A DNA stretch of 64,000 nt from Eledone cirrhosa. Its lineage: Eukaryota. The stretch spans positions 131,440,001 through 131,504,000 of the forward strand of contig OZ024742.1 of the NCBI GenBank assembly GCA_964016885.1, read 5' to 3'. The position numbers and the translations under genes are program-made. Within the stretch, counting starts at the first letter, position 1, and each line of letters starts with the position of its first letter. This document shows positions 14,396-29,950 of the stretch, in pieces. Under the pieces are notes generated by a model. The model made no database searches and was not told the DNA's origin. It saw only the letters and a list, made by a program, of their open reading frames with translations.

Positions 14396-14719
14396 ATATG
14401 CGCGTGGACATAGAAATAGTCGTGCTGGACACCACCGGGAGTGAAGGACCCTAGCCTTTCTCAGGCCATTCTTCTAGAAGGCAACCCAGGAAAATGGGAC
14501 AAAACCTGCGGCTCAGTAGTTACCGATGATGTTGATCTTTTCTTTTTGGGGGGTTGTAACTACTGTCGCTGAGAGAGTGGGATTTGCTCAGTGCACAGTC
14601 TTTCCTGACTTAAAATAAAAATCTTCACGCACAGGCATTGCACGATAAAATTAATTTATAGTTATTAATGATGTGATATCATGTAATGGGCATACTCGAT
14701 AACGAGGGGCAGCCATCAT
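14396..14719 (+). mobile_element. Family D copy, 5' truncated, (TATG) tail
   Basis: Aligns to 3230-3752 and 15530-15833. Confidence 0.8.
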
Positions 14720-14729
14720 GTATGTATGT

Positions 14730-15203
14730 GTTCGCTCTTTCTCTTAATTTCGAGTATATTTTTGACCGGCCATCTTCCTGGTGGCAAGGTTGTAAAAGAA
14801 AAGAAATTGTCATCCCTTGAATCGCAAGAATGTTTTGCAAATTTTGAAGGTGCTAGCTATCGCAACCATTTGTAGACTATGAATTAGGAAAGCTGCGCTC
14901 TTTGTCCGCAAATCCAAGTTCAGTCATACTTTGGTCCAAGCGGGTTGGTATATAACCCGTAGCTTCAATAATGATGGGTATGAAGCTAAAGGTGTATCTT
15001 GGATACTGGATTTGTAAACTCCTCATCAAAAAACATCACTAAACATCCGTAGATGTCCTCCATCTGTATTTTTCTGACAACGTTTACATCAAGTGGGCAG
15101 CTGATCTCTACAACAGAACACGTTTTCAATGTGTGGTCCCAAACGACAATATCAAGCCGGTTGTGGTTTAATTTGGTGGCAGTTTTTATTTTCAGGTTCC
15201 ACC

Positions 15204-15204
<1 letters not shown>
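14730..15204 (-). mobile_element. Second copy of the RLE 3' fragment at 657-1302
   Basis: Near-identical reverse complement (WWNLKIKTATKL..DIVVWD); flanked by (TATG)n. Confidence 0.9.
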
Positions 15205-15234
<30 letters not shown>

Positions 15235-15299
15235 TGTATGTATGTATGTATGTATGTATGTATGTATGTATGTATGTATGTATGTATGTATGTATGTAT

Positions 15300-15833
15300 G
15301 TCGGGTCACTCTTGAATGCTACTGGTAACATGTAACCTAGTACAACCTATCGCATGATCGGGTTGTCGGCGACTAAACCGGCAACCCCACCAAGTTTACT
15401 AGATGCGGAGGGTGATTTTGGACACCCTGCAGGACAAAAAACAAAACCTGACAAAGGGCGGAAGAACTCATAAGAGTTAACGGCCATCCAAAAGTGTATA
15501 AATATGTATATACACATATACCGCGCGGTTAAACCACTGGGAGTGAAGGACCCCTAGTCTTACAGGACATTCTTCTAGGAGAAGGCAACTCAGGAAACTG
15601 GGATAACTCCGATATAAAACCTACGGCTCAGTAGTTACCGATGATGTTGATCTTTTCTTCTTTTCGGGTTATAGCTACTGTGTCTCAGAGAGTGAGATTG
15701 GCTCAGTGCACAGTCTTTCCTCACTTAAAAAAATATCTTCACGCACAGGTATTGCACGATAGAATTAATTAATAATTATTAATAATGGTCTATCGTGCAA
15801 TGGCCATTTTCGATAACGAGGGCGCAGCCATCA
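15300..15833 (+). mobile_element. Longest family D copy (non-autonomous RTE-like)
   Basis: Joins the 5' part seen at 2730-3016 and the 3' part seen at 3154-3752; no ORF; between (TATG)n arrays. Confidence 0.78.
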
Positions 15834-16575
15834 TGTATGTATGTATGTGTGTATGCTTTACATGAAAGCGAATCCATAATATCAGTAGCGATCGACGACC
15901 TTGATAGGAACAAAGCACTATCGAATATCGTTAAAAACCTGATGGCTCACCTTTCATGTGATTCGTAATACAGGAAAACGTTTTGCATGAAAGACAAAGC
16001 ACCATTTATTTCAAGGTTACCTAAAACATTGAAGGCGATTCACATTTTTAGAAATGAAAAGCCCCAGTGGATGAGAGGATAATAACCCCTAATCTTTGAA
16101 TTAACAGAATGCAATTATTATTAGATGTACAGTTGTTACTGCCTACTTCTGACCAAAACATTTACCTCTTAACATCCAATACCACAGGAAACTACATTAG
16201 TAAGGCATTCGCAAAATAGTACAAAAATGCAGTGAGACTATATCACACTCAAAACAGTCAATAATCTCAAACTGGTAACTTTTAAACCGATCCGCCCACT
16301 TCTAAAGATATGATAAATGCCTGAACTAAACTCGATTTTGAATAATTTATGCTAAATTATTACAGGATTTTAAGAGTTAATGCAGAGATCAATGTTAATG
16401 CAGTCCTCAATTCTATGAAGTCTATCAAATATGTTTATATAAATATCAAAGTAGAGTATATATATTATTTTCTCAGCTGAAAAGCATTACTCAAGGGACC
16501 TGAGTAACGTCGTTAATATTCGCAGCTAATAAATATTCTACCTACCTATCTATCTATCTATCTATCTATCTATAC

Positions 16576-18735
16576 TTGAATCCAAAAGGTGTGCACGGCC
16601 TTCCAGCAGCATTTGCACGACTGTTCGGGCAAAGCGGTACGTCGAGGGGAGTGATGAACTTCAGTTCCTACCTCGACGGCGTACCACGACTCTCGAGCAC
16701 GGATGCAGAGAGCTGCGAAAGGCCGATCACAGCGGGCGAAATAAAAGATGCCCTAGGCCGCTGCGGGAAACGCAAATCACCCGGTTTAGATGGTCTACCC
16801 TATGAGTTTTACATAGGCATTTCAGACTTGTTCTCTGGCGTCCTCGAAGCGGTCTACTGCAACTGGCAGCAGAACGGTAGGATTCCCAGTTCTGTAGGCA
16901 GAGGCGTAGTAACGCTGATCAGGGAAGATGAGAACAAGGGGGATGAGATAAGCAATTTCAGGCCCATAACGCTGCTCAACACAGAGTTAAAGATTTGGGC
17001 CAAGGTGTTAGCAGCGAGGCTGGCGCTTGTCGTCGAGAACCTGGTAGGGGAAGCGCAAACGTGTGCAATCCCGACCAGGTCCATACACGACAACCTCCAC
17101 CTCATACGATACATCATAGAGATAGTAGAGTGTAAACCTGGCTTCGGGGCTCTGATCAATTTAGATCAGTCTAAGGCATTTGATAAGGTCGACCATCAAA
17201 ACTTGGAAGCGGTTCTCAAGGCAGCCGGCTTCGGTTCCGTCTTCAGAGGCTGGATCGCTGCCATGCACACCAGCATCTGCCCGGCAGTCAAGGTGAATGG
17301 CTACCTATCGGAGTCATTCCAAATCATGCGTTCCATCCGTCAGGGATGGTCTCTCTCCTCCATTCTGTATGTACTGACTCTGCGGAAGTTGGAGCTGTTG
17401 CAAAGCATCCCGATCGAACCAGGACTGCGGAAAGCAGCGTCGGCCTATTCCGACGACATAACCGTAATGGTGTCGAAAATCTCGGAAATCGGGGTAATCG
17501 GCAACCTATTACAGGAATACAAAACGTTGACAGGAGCAAGACTAAACCCACACAAGTCTGTTGGTTTGCAACTTGGCACATGGAAGGGCAAACCCATGCC
17601 TTACGACAGTGTCGTTGGACGATGGACGGAAGGACCGGTGAAATTGCTCGGGGTCTGGTTCGGTCCAGACCTCCAGGTGGACAAGAACTGGAACGAAATC
17701 ACGGCGAGGGTGTTTGCACTCACCCAGAAGTGGGCTGAGTGCAAACTCTCCTTGAAAGGTCGAGCGGAGGCGCGAACACTTACATAGCGCCCGTCATCTA
17801 CTACCGCTTGACAGGAGAAACGGAAATCAGTGGAGACTCCACTTCGACAATTCTATAGGCGATTAGTGGAGGATAAGTGGGAGGACGTTCTCGGGGAAAC
17901 TCTAGGCACCGATGAGGACGAACTGACCAGTCTGTTCGGGAGGTCTTTCCCTCCAGGGCCTATGGATAGCTCCCAGATGTTTTTGGCCTGGCAGTGCTCC
18001 CGAGGAGCTATACCAGTTCGAGAAAATATCTACAGGCACGGACGCCCTGGCAGAGATCCTGCCAAAAGGACCTGTCCAAGATTCGAGCAGGACGTCGAAA
18101 CCGTTCTGCACGCAATTTTTCAGTGCCCAGAGGTGACCAACCTTTGGAATTATGTCGAACAGCTACTGTCACTCGTGGGGCGCATCCATTTGTCAGATGA
18201 GTCCATCGTCAGGATCACCCCGCCGCCCTAATTTAAGAATGAAGGAGAGGCGGTTTTCCTCTGTCTGGTGGCTATTCGAAAGAGGTAATATGGTGGACGA
18301 GGTTAAAAGGACTGAGGGCAAACATTTTTCTCTCTGGACAAAAACTTATCCCCTTCTTTAAGTACCACTTCAGAAGGAAGGGGAGAGTGGAGAGAATGGT
18401 GCTACACCCCAGTAAATTTGCTGGAAGGTGTGTGAATGTGGCGAAAATGGCCCGAGTGAATGGGCCTTCTCTGTACATAAACCTGTAGGTTAAGGAAGAT
18501 AAACAGAGGGAAGACAGGAACACCTACGAAACGTGTTCCTGACTTTGAGTGTTGTTCTATCCACGGGGTGTAAAAGAACCCTGCAGTAACGTTCCCCTTA
18601 TTGGGGATTTCAATTTTTATTTTATTATATATAGTTTATTGTTATTTATCAATGTTAAAGTTATATGATTTTTATGTAAAACCCCCGCCGTCACGTCTTG
18701 TAATGTCCCATTTTTGTACGCCCCTGTGGCAAATA
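16576..18735 (+). mobile_element. Tx1/L1-clade LINE, 5' truncated ORF2 (RT, internal deletion, C-terminal Cys-rich domain) and 3' UTR
   Basis: KSPGLDGLPYEFY, FRPITLLNTELKI, LDQSKAFDKVDH, IRQG..LS, AYSDD, KLLGVWFG; ETVLHAIFQC. Confidence 0.93.
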
Positions 18736-18840
18736 GATTGACCCTCTGACTAAATTGTCAGTGGATGGGTTATTGAAATTTTTGCTCCCCAGGGCCGAAA
18801 ATTTAATTTTCATAAAAATTTATAACAAATTATTTTCTGC

Positions 18841-19054
18841 ATGAATGATAAAATTGAAGCGCTTCCCACCGTAAGTGGAAATGGGAGCGTTGAAATGAAT
18901 GTCACTATGGCAACAGGGAGTAGTGATCGTGAAAAATCACACCAAAACAAAAGTATGGAAACACATAAGGCACAAAAAAATATTGAACAAGAAAAAAACA
19001 CTTCTCAAATATAACTCCACAAGCAAAAATCAAGCAATTGAGAACAACAAAACC

Positions 19055-19086
<32 letters not shown>

Positions 19087-20390
19087 CAACAATAACAACA
19101 ACAACAAAAACAACAGCAACCATAAGAAATCTTTTGCCACAATAAGCAAAGGAACTTTTACAAATATTGATATTTCCATTGCGAAGGAAATGATCAATGA
19201 ATGGAAAAAATATATTAACTTCGAGGAAAAAGGGGGATTTAAAATAACCTCTCCGCCACAAGTCAAAGCCGATACTATGCGAAGGATTGTGATTTTTCGC
19301 ACGATTTTGAACAAACAAAAAAAACGGCTTTCCTTACTCAAGGCGAAATTGAAATCCTCTTGAAAGAGGCAATGCCGTAAATACAATACATACAAAGGGC
19401 TAAACTGTATGGAAGTATTTCGGTGCTCTTCAAAAGTGAGGCCCATGCGAAAAAATACTCAGTGACCCCAGTCACCTCTGCCACACACACACCTTTTTCC
19501 CTACATACATGGGAAAAAGAACACAAAGAATACACATCACCAATATACCACCCAACATTAACATCTGGTGGATTCTGGCAGGTTTCTTGGAGGAAGATGA
19601 AGACACAATACTGTCGTTTCAAAAATCCACAAGAAACACCTGGAACGGCAGAAGCTTGGAAATTTTGGTCCAAATGAAACCGGACAGAATTTACAAGATA
19701 CCAGAAAGGGTGCCAGTAGACGATACCAATTACATTAACATTTCGGCAGATGGAGGGCGGCTACATTGTTTTAAATGCGCGAGCACATCGCATTTAAAGG
19801 CCTCCTGATGACGATTCAACACCAGGCGAGGCTACTTCTCCATCCCCAAGTGAACATGAAGGAGAGCCTCGGAAATAAAAAAAACAAAATAAGAGACACC
19901 ACAAAGCCACAAAAACAACAATCACCAACACAAACACACAACCACCAACACAAATAACAACTCAAACATTGCCACAATCACCCCCCCCTACCAGCAAAAC
20001 AAACACCAACACCACCCCAAACACAAATGCCCACCATAAAAAAAACTACAAAATGAACAACAAACCAAAACAACACAAAAAACAAACAAACATCAATGCA
20101 CATACATTAACACAAACAACAAAAACCTAACGGAGGCCATCTCCCAAGACCCCAAAGTAGAAACTGAGGGGAAAACCTTTGTAAAAGCAAACTCTCAACA
20201 ACACCTAAAACTAATAAGCGTTTCGATAGAGACCTATCAGACATTGAAAGAAAGGTTTTCACAGGACTTGGCAACCCATGCCAAAAACCAATAAACCGTG
20301 TCCTGTTGAAATGTTTCCCCACCCCACTCAACACCCCCACCAGAACTGAAATGGAGATTGAACAACCCGATCTCCAGGAAACGAAAAGGT
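18841..20390 (+). pseudogene. Frameshifted Tx1-type ORF1 with CCHC knuckle
   Basis: KKSFATI; CFKCASTSHLKAS* (CX2CX4HX4C with the last Cys lost); lies directly upstream of an APE ORF. Confidence 0.7.
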
Positions 20391-20433
20391 AAGTGCACTT
20401 TTTCGTCCTTTTTGCCAACTCTTTTCCACCAAC

Positions 20434-21345
20434 ATGGCTGACTTACGAGATGGAAGCGTGAATGTGCGTGGCCTAGGGATGCCCTGGAAACAGGGCCAAC
20501 TTTTAAACGACCTTAGGTCACACGGTATAGATGTAATAGCCATCACCGAGTCCAGGATCCACAACAGGCAGCAACTAACCCCCATCTTCAATGACTTTGA
20601 GATCTACGCATCTCTCTGTCAGCGGAGAGGTGGAGGGGGAGTGGCTGTTATGTTTCGGAAAAACCTGGATCTCGAAGTACAGCAAGTACACGTGGACTCG
20701 GAGGGTAGACTGGTAGTCCTAGACGTGAACAGTATTGGAGGTGGAGCCTTCAGACTGGTAGCCGTTTATGCCCCGACCGGGCAATCACAATCGCGGCCAG
20801 ACTTCTTTAAGCGTCTGGAGTCTTTTCTGGGAACGTCTCGCTCCTTGCTTTTAGCGGGTGGCTGGAATGGTATCCTAGATGCACGATGGGACTATGTGGG
20901 AGCATGTCCCAGTAGAGGGGGGTGCAACAGCCTCAAAACATTAATCTGCCAATTCCAACTGGCCGATAGGTATCGACTGGATTTCCCGACTGCACCACAG
21001 TGGACGTGGGCAAACCGCAGCGGTACATCTAGATCGTATTTAGATAGGTTCTTCATTAGAGAAAGGGACAAGGAGATGTTAAGCTGTCCACGAATGCACA
21101 TGGTTGCCTATTCAGATCACAAATTCTGCATAGTCAACCGTGACAGAACACATAGACAGGGACCCGGATACTGGAATCTGAACGTATCGTTGCCGGCACG
21201 TAAAGCTTACAGTGAACGGATAAGTAGACTAGCCAAGCAACAGTTAACGGGAGCCATCGTCAACAAGAGATGGTGGTACACTCTCAAGTAAGCAATTAAA
21301 GTAGAATCGATAGGGTTTAGCAGAGAGTTAGCCTAAGAGAAAAAC
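20434..21345 (+). pseudogene. Tx1/L1 ORF2 N-terminus: APE endonuclease, 3' truncated
   Basis: SVNVRGL, AITES, GGVAV, GRLV, AVYAP, SYLDRF, SDH, GPGYWNLN motifs. Confidence 0.93.
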
Positions 21346-21349
21346 AAAA

Positions 21350-21502
21350 TGCTTTCCAGCATAGTTACGTCCCCTTACGATCTGAGTTCAAATCCCGCCG
21401 TGATTAACTTTGCCTTTCATCCTTACAGGGTCGATAAAATAAAGTACCAGTAATGTACTGAATATTTGCTGGCCTTGTGCCAAATGTAGAAACAATTATT
21501 AT
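21350..21502 (+). mobile_element. SINE family A
   Basis: Consensus match; sits at the point where the APE fragment ends. Confidence 0.88.
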
Positions 21503-21905
21503 ATGTATTAAACTGTCTGTTTTTCTCTCACCATATATTACAATACGTTACATTGTACTATTGTTTATCCAACGCTTGCACGAAAAAGCTCTACAGGCTT
21601 GTGCATCATAAGACCTTAAATCATTAATACTTCACTCTAATTACCACTCATTACTTGCATCCGATTTGCCTGTTTTTTCTTTCATTACTTGCTTATATTC
21701 ATTAATTACTAATGTTCCTGATACGTGCTTGTGTTAAATGTAATCCTTCTAAATGCTCCTGTTGGTCTGCAGGTGTGTTTATATACTATAAAATAATCAT
21801 TACTTATTTATAACTGATTAATTCATTGTTTGTATGTATAGAAACGATTGTATGGATTAAAGATGGTTTCAATTTAAATTGAAATATATATATATATACA
21901 TATAT

Positions 21906-21981
<76 letters not shown>

Positions 21982-21999
21982 TATAAAAACATACACACG

Positions 22000-22031
<32 letters not shown>

Positions 22032-22046
22032 CATATGTATAAAAAA

Positions 22047-22095
<49 letters not shown>

Positions 22096-22104
22096 TATGT
22101 ATTC

Positions 22105-22392
22105 TGTGACCACTATACCACATGATAATACTCCCTCCTGAGAATTTTTTCTTGTAATGGTCAGGATTATTCCTTTCATTTGAGGGGTATCTAGCGAAGC
22201 CGATAGCCTCACGGCTTTGGTGCACTTTCGTTGTACCATAGCTGCATACACATCGGCGAAACTGCGCAGTCGTGACCTTGGAGAAAAAATTAGGTATATT
22301 TTGTCTATTTTTTTCTTTTGAAATTTATAATTGTTAGATAGCTCTGATATTATACGATTACTATTTTTTTAATTAAAACGGGACACTACACA
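22105..22392 (-). pseudogene. Possible Tc1-like transposase remnant
   Basis: [25 protein letters not shown] resembles the Tc1 ..ER..P......K.GGGS.MVW block; possible terminus tagtgtcccg. Confidence 0.4.
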
Positions 22393-22430
22393 CACTACAC
22401 CTATATATACTTATGTATCTGTGTGCATAG

Positions 22431-22482
<52 letters not shown>

Positions 22483-22808
22483 CGTACGAGTGGATGTACA
22501 TCGATATACCTAACTATATCCCTGCAAATTCCTTTCTCGTAATTATATTCTAATTCAAAAGCTGGATCAAATAATTCAAATATATTCACTCTTTCGAGGA
22601 CTGGAGATCGTTAAATCAGAAACCACAAATTAGGAAGGTTAGTAATATAATATATTAAACCATTTCAGAGTGGTTTCAACGGCTGGCCGTAATGTAATAC
22701 TTTCGAGTCTATAAATGAACGATAAGAGAATATAATAAACATATATTTATATACACATACATAATACATATATGCATACATGCATACATACATAAATATA
22801 TATACATT

Positions 22809-22866
<58 letters not shown>

Positions 22867-22896
22867 AACAAATAGAGGTGTGACACACGAGTTGTG

Positions 22897-23287
22897 ATAT
22901 ATCAATAAAAAGGAAAAGAAAATGCTGTCAAATTTTTCCCAGTGAAAAATAGTTTAATTAGGAATAAGTATAAATTAGTAATAAGTATTGGTTAGTATTC
23001 AGTTTTAGTTTTAAGTTTTTACCGGTTGCGCATTTCTAATGCTTTTCAAAAGTAATTTTGAGATAGAGCGCTCGTGATGTTTGCTCTAATCAGATTAGAG
23101 TAAACATCACGAGCGCTCTATCTCAAAATTATTTTTGAAAAGCATTAGAAATGCGCAACCGGTAAAAACTTAAAACTAAAACTGAATACTAACCAATACT
23201 TATTACTAATTTATACTTATTCCTAATTAAACTATTTTTCACTGGGAAAAATTTGACAGCATTTTCTTTTCCTTTTTACTAATATAT
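22897..23287. repeat. Near-perfect 390-bp palindrome (two ~190-bp arms, 1-nt centre at 23092)
   Basis: Arms are reverse complements with about 4 mismatches; single arm at 59664-59849. Confidence 0.95.
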
Positions 23288-23299
23288 ATATATATATAC

Positions 23300-25310
23300 T
23301 TTTAGCTCAAATCTTAAATAATCAAAACTCGGAAAGTTTATGTAAAAGGATTAGAACCTTTTTCAATAAACTAGACCTAAGGATCACTTTCGATCTCAAT
23401 TCTATAAAAGCTAACTTCTTGGATGTATCACTCAACCTAAACACAGGACTAATAGAGCCCTTCCATAAAAATAACGAAAATCTAGCCTACATTAGTTAAA
23501 ACTCAAACCACCCTCGCTCTATAATTAACTCCATAGCACATAGTATATCCCTTAGAATTTCACGCGTATCTTCTAACCTAGTAATGTTTAATGAACACGC
23601 GAACTACTACAACATAGCTTTACTTAAGGCAGGACACAAAGAGAGGCTCAATTACATACCATATACAAACAACTACAACACACTTAACAGCAATAACACC
23701 ACCCACACCTATAGAAATAACAAATATAGGACTAAACATAGAAATAGACAACGAGCACCAGAAATAATGAACCGAATACTAATATAAGGACCCCTAGGAA
23801 CTATAGAAGATCTAGAGATAGAAAATACTTATGGTTCAATCCAATATTTAATTCCTCTATAAAAACCAAACTACCTTCTACATTCTTTAAATTAATTGAC
23901 AAGCACTTCCCTAAACTTCACAAATACCATAAAATCTTTAATAGAAATACTATCAAACTATCTTACTCTACTGCAACCAACATAGAATCACACATACATA
24001 AAATTAACTATAAAAGAATCTCTAATGCAAATAACCTACAAACAAACACCCTAACACCAAATACAAAACACAAACACATAACAACATCACAACCACACAC
24101 ACATCAAAAGCATCACAACAAAACATCAACAAACCCAAATCTCAGCCCATACATAACAACATACAAAACCGCATTGTTGAACCGGCACACAGGAAAGCCT
24201 CAAAATGTAACTCTCACTTACCGGATGAGTGCCCGCTACAAAATAGATGCCTGGAGTCAAATATAGTGTACCTGTGTACTATAAATAAAGGCAACTTAGC
24301 ATGCCACTACATAGGTTCTACGGCGAGGGAGTTCAAAAAAAAGATGTTACGTCCACAGACATTCTATAAAGAACCGTAGACTAATGAACGCAACAACGCT
24401 CGCCAATAAAATCTGACAGCTTAAAGATACAAACCAAGAATACTGGATTAGCTGGTCGAAATTGTCAGGGGCCTACGAAAATGGAATGTCCCACTGCGGA
24501 CTTTGCAATATGGAGTTGCTCCATATTTTAAAATATGACAAAATACTGCTTAACAGCAAAACTGAACGGTCAATTTTCTGTAGGCATAAAGCAGCTACTA
24601 AATTCGCTAATTTCAAACAAACTTGATTCGACCCAACAATTCCATAATTCAAATTGTATACCTGAGTCTATTATAACAATCCATTATTATTATTATAAAC
24701 TGTCAATAAATCAACTACCCAATGAATCAACATCATCACCTCCTAACTTTTCTCTTTCACTCTCTTTCGCTAAATATATTTCACCTCTTACATTATATCC
24801 TATCGTATTCTCTTCACTTGTAACATAACTTCCAATTTATTAATTTATTAATTTAACCAATACATATATGTACATATTTAATATTTTCATGTTTATACCA
24901 TCACATCTTTATATTTTAACCACCAACACCACAAATATTTTCAACAATCATATTATGTTCATTTTTCTTCGCACACATATAAATTTATTTATTTATTTTT
25001 TATCATCTTCATTATTTATTATTATTTATTTATTATTTTTTTCTTTTTCTTCATCTTTTTTCTTTTTTCTTCGTTCGTTTTCTTTTTTTCTTTTTCTTTC
25101 TTTATTACTGATGTTGTGATTTGAACGCCGTGTACAATTTTAATCAGTTTTTCTGATGATTTGGTTAAGCATACATTGTATTTAAAATTGAGTGACACAA
25201 CATCAAGTGATTAGCAATTTTTAGACAATTTAATCAATGAAACAATTGTTAATACTAAAAATAAAACCCTTTTGTACTGTTGACCATGTTATTCTCCACT
25301 CTTTCACTAT
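23300..25310 (+). mobile_element. Penelope-like element, 5' truncated and disrupted (RT thumb, GIY-YIG, 3' UTR)
   Basis: ANFLDVSLNL, SNHP, YHKIFNRNTIKLSYS, CPLQNRCL..NIVY, YIGST, HCGLC..E, CRHK; paralogous to 52809-54512; (TA)n on both sides. Confidence 0.9.
25146..25256 (+). ncRNA. Type I hammerhead ribozyme motif in Penelope 3' UTR (imperfect stem I)
   Basis: CTGATGA 25153-25159; stem II ttggttaa/ttaatcaa with long loop; GAAAC-aatt-GTT; palindromic ACAATTGT. Confidence 0.7.
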
Positions 25311-25492
25311 ATATATATAGTTAGGGAAGCAGAAAATTGCTTATTATGATCCAGTTTGTGATCCAAGACGTGAACAACAATTATAATTGAGTGGCTGCTA
25401 TTTGCAGTATAGCAATATAAGGTTGCACTTACCAATGAAACGGTCGTAAATACCTGGATAAAATCCTTCTCTTAATGCTTACCTGTATTTTC

Positions 25493-26092
<600 letters not shown>

Positions 26093-26537
26093 GTTTACAT
26101 ATAGATAAAGTTATAGATATATATGTTGCAACCGGTCACTTTTTGGCTCTATGAAGAATTAATAAATTAAATAATCAGAGCAATATATCATAAATCATGT
26201 CCTTAGAATTATTAGATAAAATATATACCATTTCCTCTCCCAGTTAGCATAATTAACCATATAAAAAATCAATTAGACCAAGCTATAAGAATAAAGGCTC
26301 TTATGAAGAAATCTTCGACAAATAACCGAAAGTGGCCTTATCGCGGTGGCCCCAATAGAGTATTTGTCCAACATTTCGACAGCATGTAGAAACTGACTAA
26401 ATATACCATCAGGACCCCGACGGCTGAGCTCCGGCCGTTTCGACAGCTAGATCCGCTACGATCCTAAGTATCGAGTACTCTGGTGCGTTAGGGTCCACCT
26501 GGTTCCTTACCACACTTTCTTGGTTATACATCTTAGT

Positions 26538-26568
<31 letters not shown>

Positions 26569-26570
26569 AT

Positions 26571-26808
26571 AATTAGAAATATAAGCTATCGCCGTATTTT
26601 GACTAAAGAAATTAAAGAAATTATTTAGCCTGATAGTGGGGTTAAGAACCCTCGGAGAAATGGTGAAAGATGTGTATTGACGTGACGTCACTACTCATCT
26701 TTTTCCACTATCAGGCTAGATAACGGCTTTAATTTCTTTAGTCAAAATACGACGATAGCTTATGTTTCTAATTCCAAACCCGCTCGCTGTTCCGAAAATA
26801 TTCTTACT

Positions 26809-26810
<2 letters not shown>
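26571..26810. repeat. Fold-back element in (TA)n (arms 26571-26639 and 26705-26773, plus 3' extension)
   Basis: Reverse-complement arms read directly. Confidence 0.85.
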
Positions 26811-26871
<61 letters not shown>

Positions 26872-27438
26872 AATCCATCTCTGCCTCTGTTTTCTCCCTT
26901 TCATCTTTCATTCTCACTCATTCTCTCCTCCCCCCTCTCTCTCTCTCTAGCTTTGTGTGTGTGTGTGCGCGTGAGTGTGTTGCAGTTTCTTCAAGAAGAA
27001 ATCAAAACATCTTAAATTGGCAACATACAAAGGAGTAAAAGAAAACGAGGCACAAACTATAAAACATTTGTAAAAACATAGGAAAACAAAACAAAAACAT
27101 GTAATGGGAACAACATAGTACAACATGAACACACACATATATATATATATATGTATACACACACACACATATATGTATATATGTACATACATATATATAT
27201 ACATATATGTATATATATATATATTTACGTATATATATGTACGTATATATCTATTTGTATATATATATATATATATATTTGTATATATATATTTGTATAT
27301 ATATATATTTGTATATATACATATGTATACCTATATACATATATACCTATATACATATACATACACACACACATATGTATATACACACACATGCACACAC
27401 AGATATATATATACATATACATATATATATATACCTAT

Positions 27439-27469
<31 letters not shown>

Positions 27470-27645
27470 TATATATATATAGATATATATATATCATATT
27501 TAAGTATGTATACGGACATATGTACGTATACGTACTTATATTTAAGTATCAGCCGTACTAAGAGTGAGAAATGAAATTTCATTTTTTCCATTTATATTAT
27601 ATATATTATATATTATATATATTATATGTATATATTATGTATATG

Positions 27646-27705
<60 letters not shown>

Positions 27706-27792
27706 AAAGTATATATATATATATATATATATACATACATATATATATATGTAAAAGTATATATATATATATACATATATATATATGTAAAA

Positions 27793-27850
<58 letters not shown>

Positions 27851-28340
27851 GTAAAAGTACATATATATATATATATAAACATATATATATATATATATAT
27901 AAACATATATATATATATATATAGTATTATATTATAGTACATATATAAAAAAAAAAACAAGTTACATGATGGAATCTGAAGACATAGATATAAAATATTT
28001 CCAAAGACATTTAAAAAAAAAATATATATTTTAATATTTCGGTCTTTGCGTTTGTAGTTATTCAATTTCTCTGACAAAACAACAAAAACACAAACAAAAA
28101 CAACACAAAAACAGACAAACAAGAACAAATAAACAAACAAAACAGTATATATTTTTTCACTGTATTCATTCTTGTCTACTTTAACATGATTTGCTGCTAG
28201 CCAAGTGTCTGTATATTTTTTTCTCTTGCTCCCGTTCATACCAAAACTCACCATACCTATCTATCAGTAGGTCTCTATGTCTTGCGTTTTCATCTCCCCC
28301 ACCCCCCGTCCCCACTCTCCCCACTCCCCTGCTCCGTCTT

Positions 28341-29950
<1,610 letters not shown>

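Noticed and set aside
18682-18716. Resemblance to U4 snRNA central region (ccccgccgtcacgtcttgtaat...atttttg)
   Set aside because: Short match judged from memory; lacks the complementary arm and the U4 5' half; lies in a Tx1 3' UTR. An Rfam search would settle it
19767-19808. TGA at the last Cys of the CCHC knuckle read as selenocysteine
   Set aside because: The ORF has several other disabling changes; a TGC/TGT-to-TGA mutation is simpler
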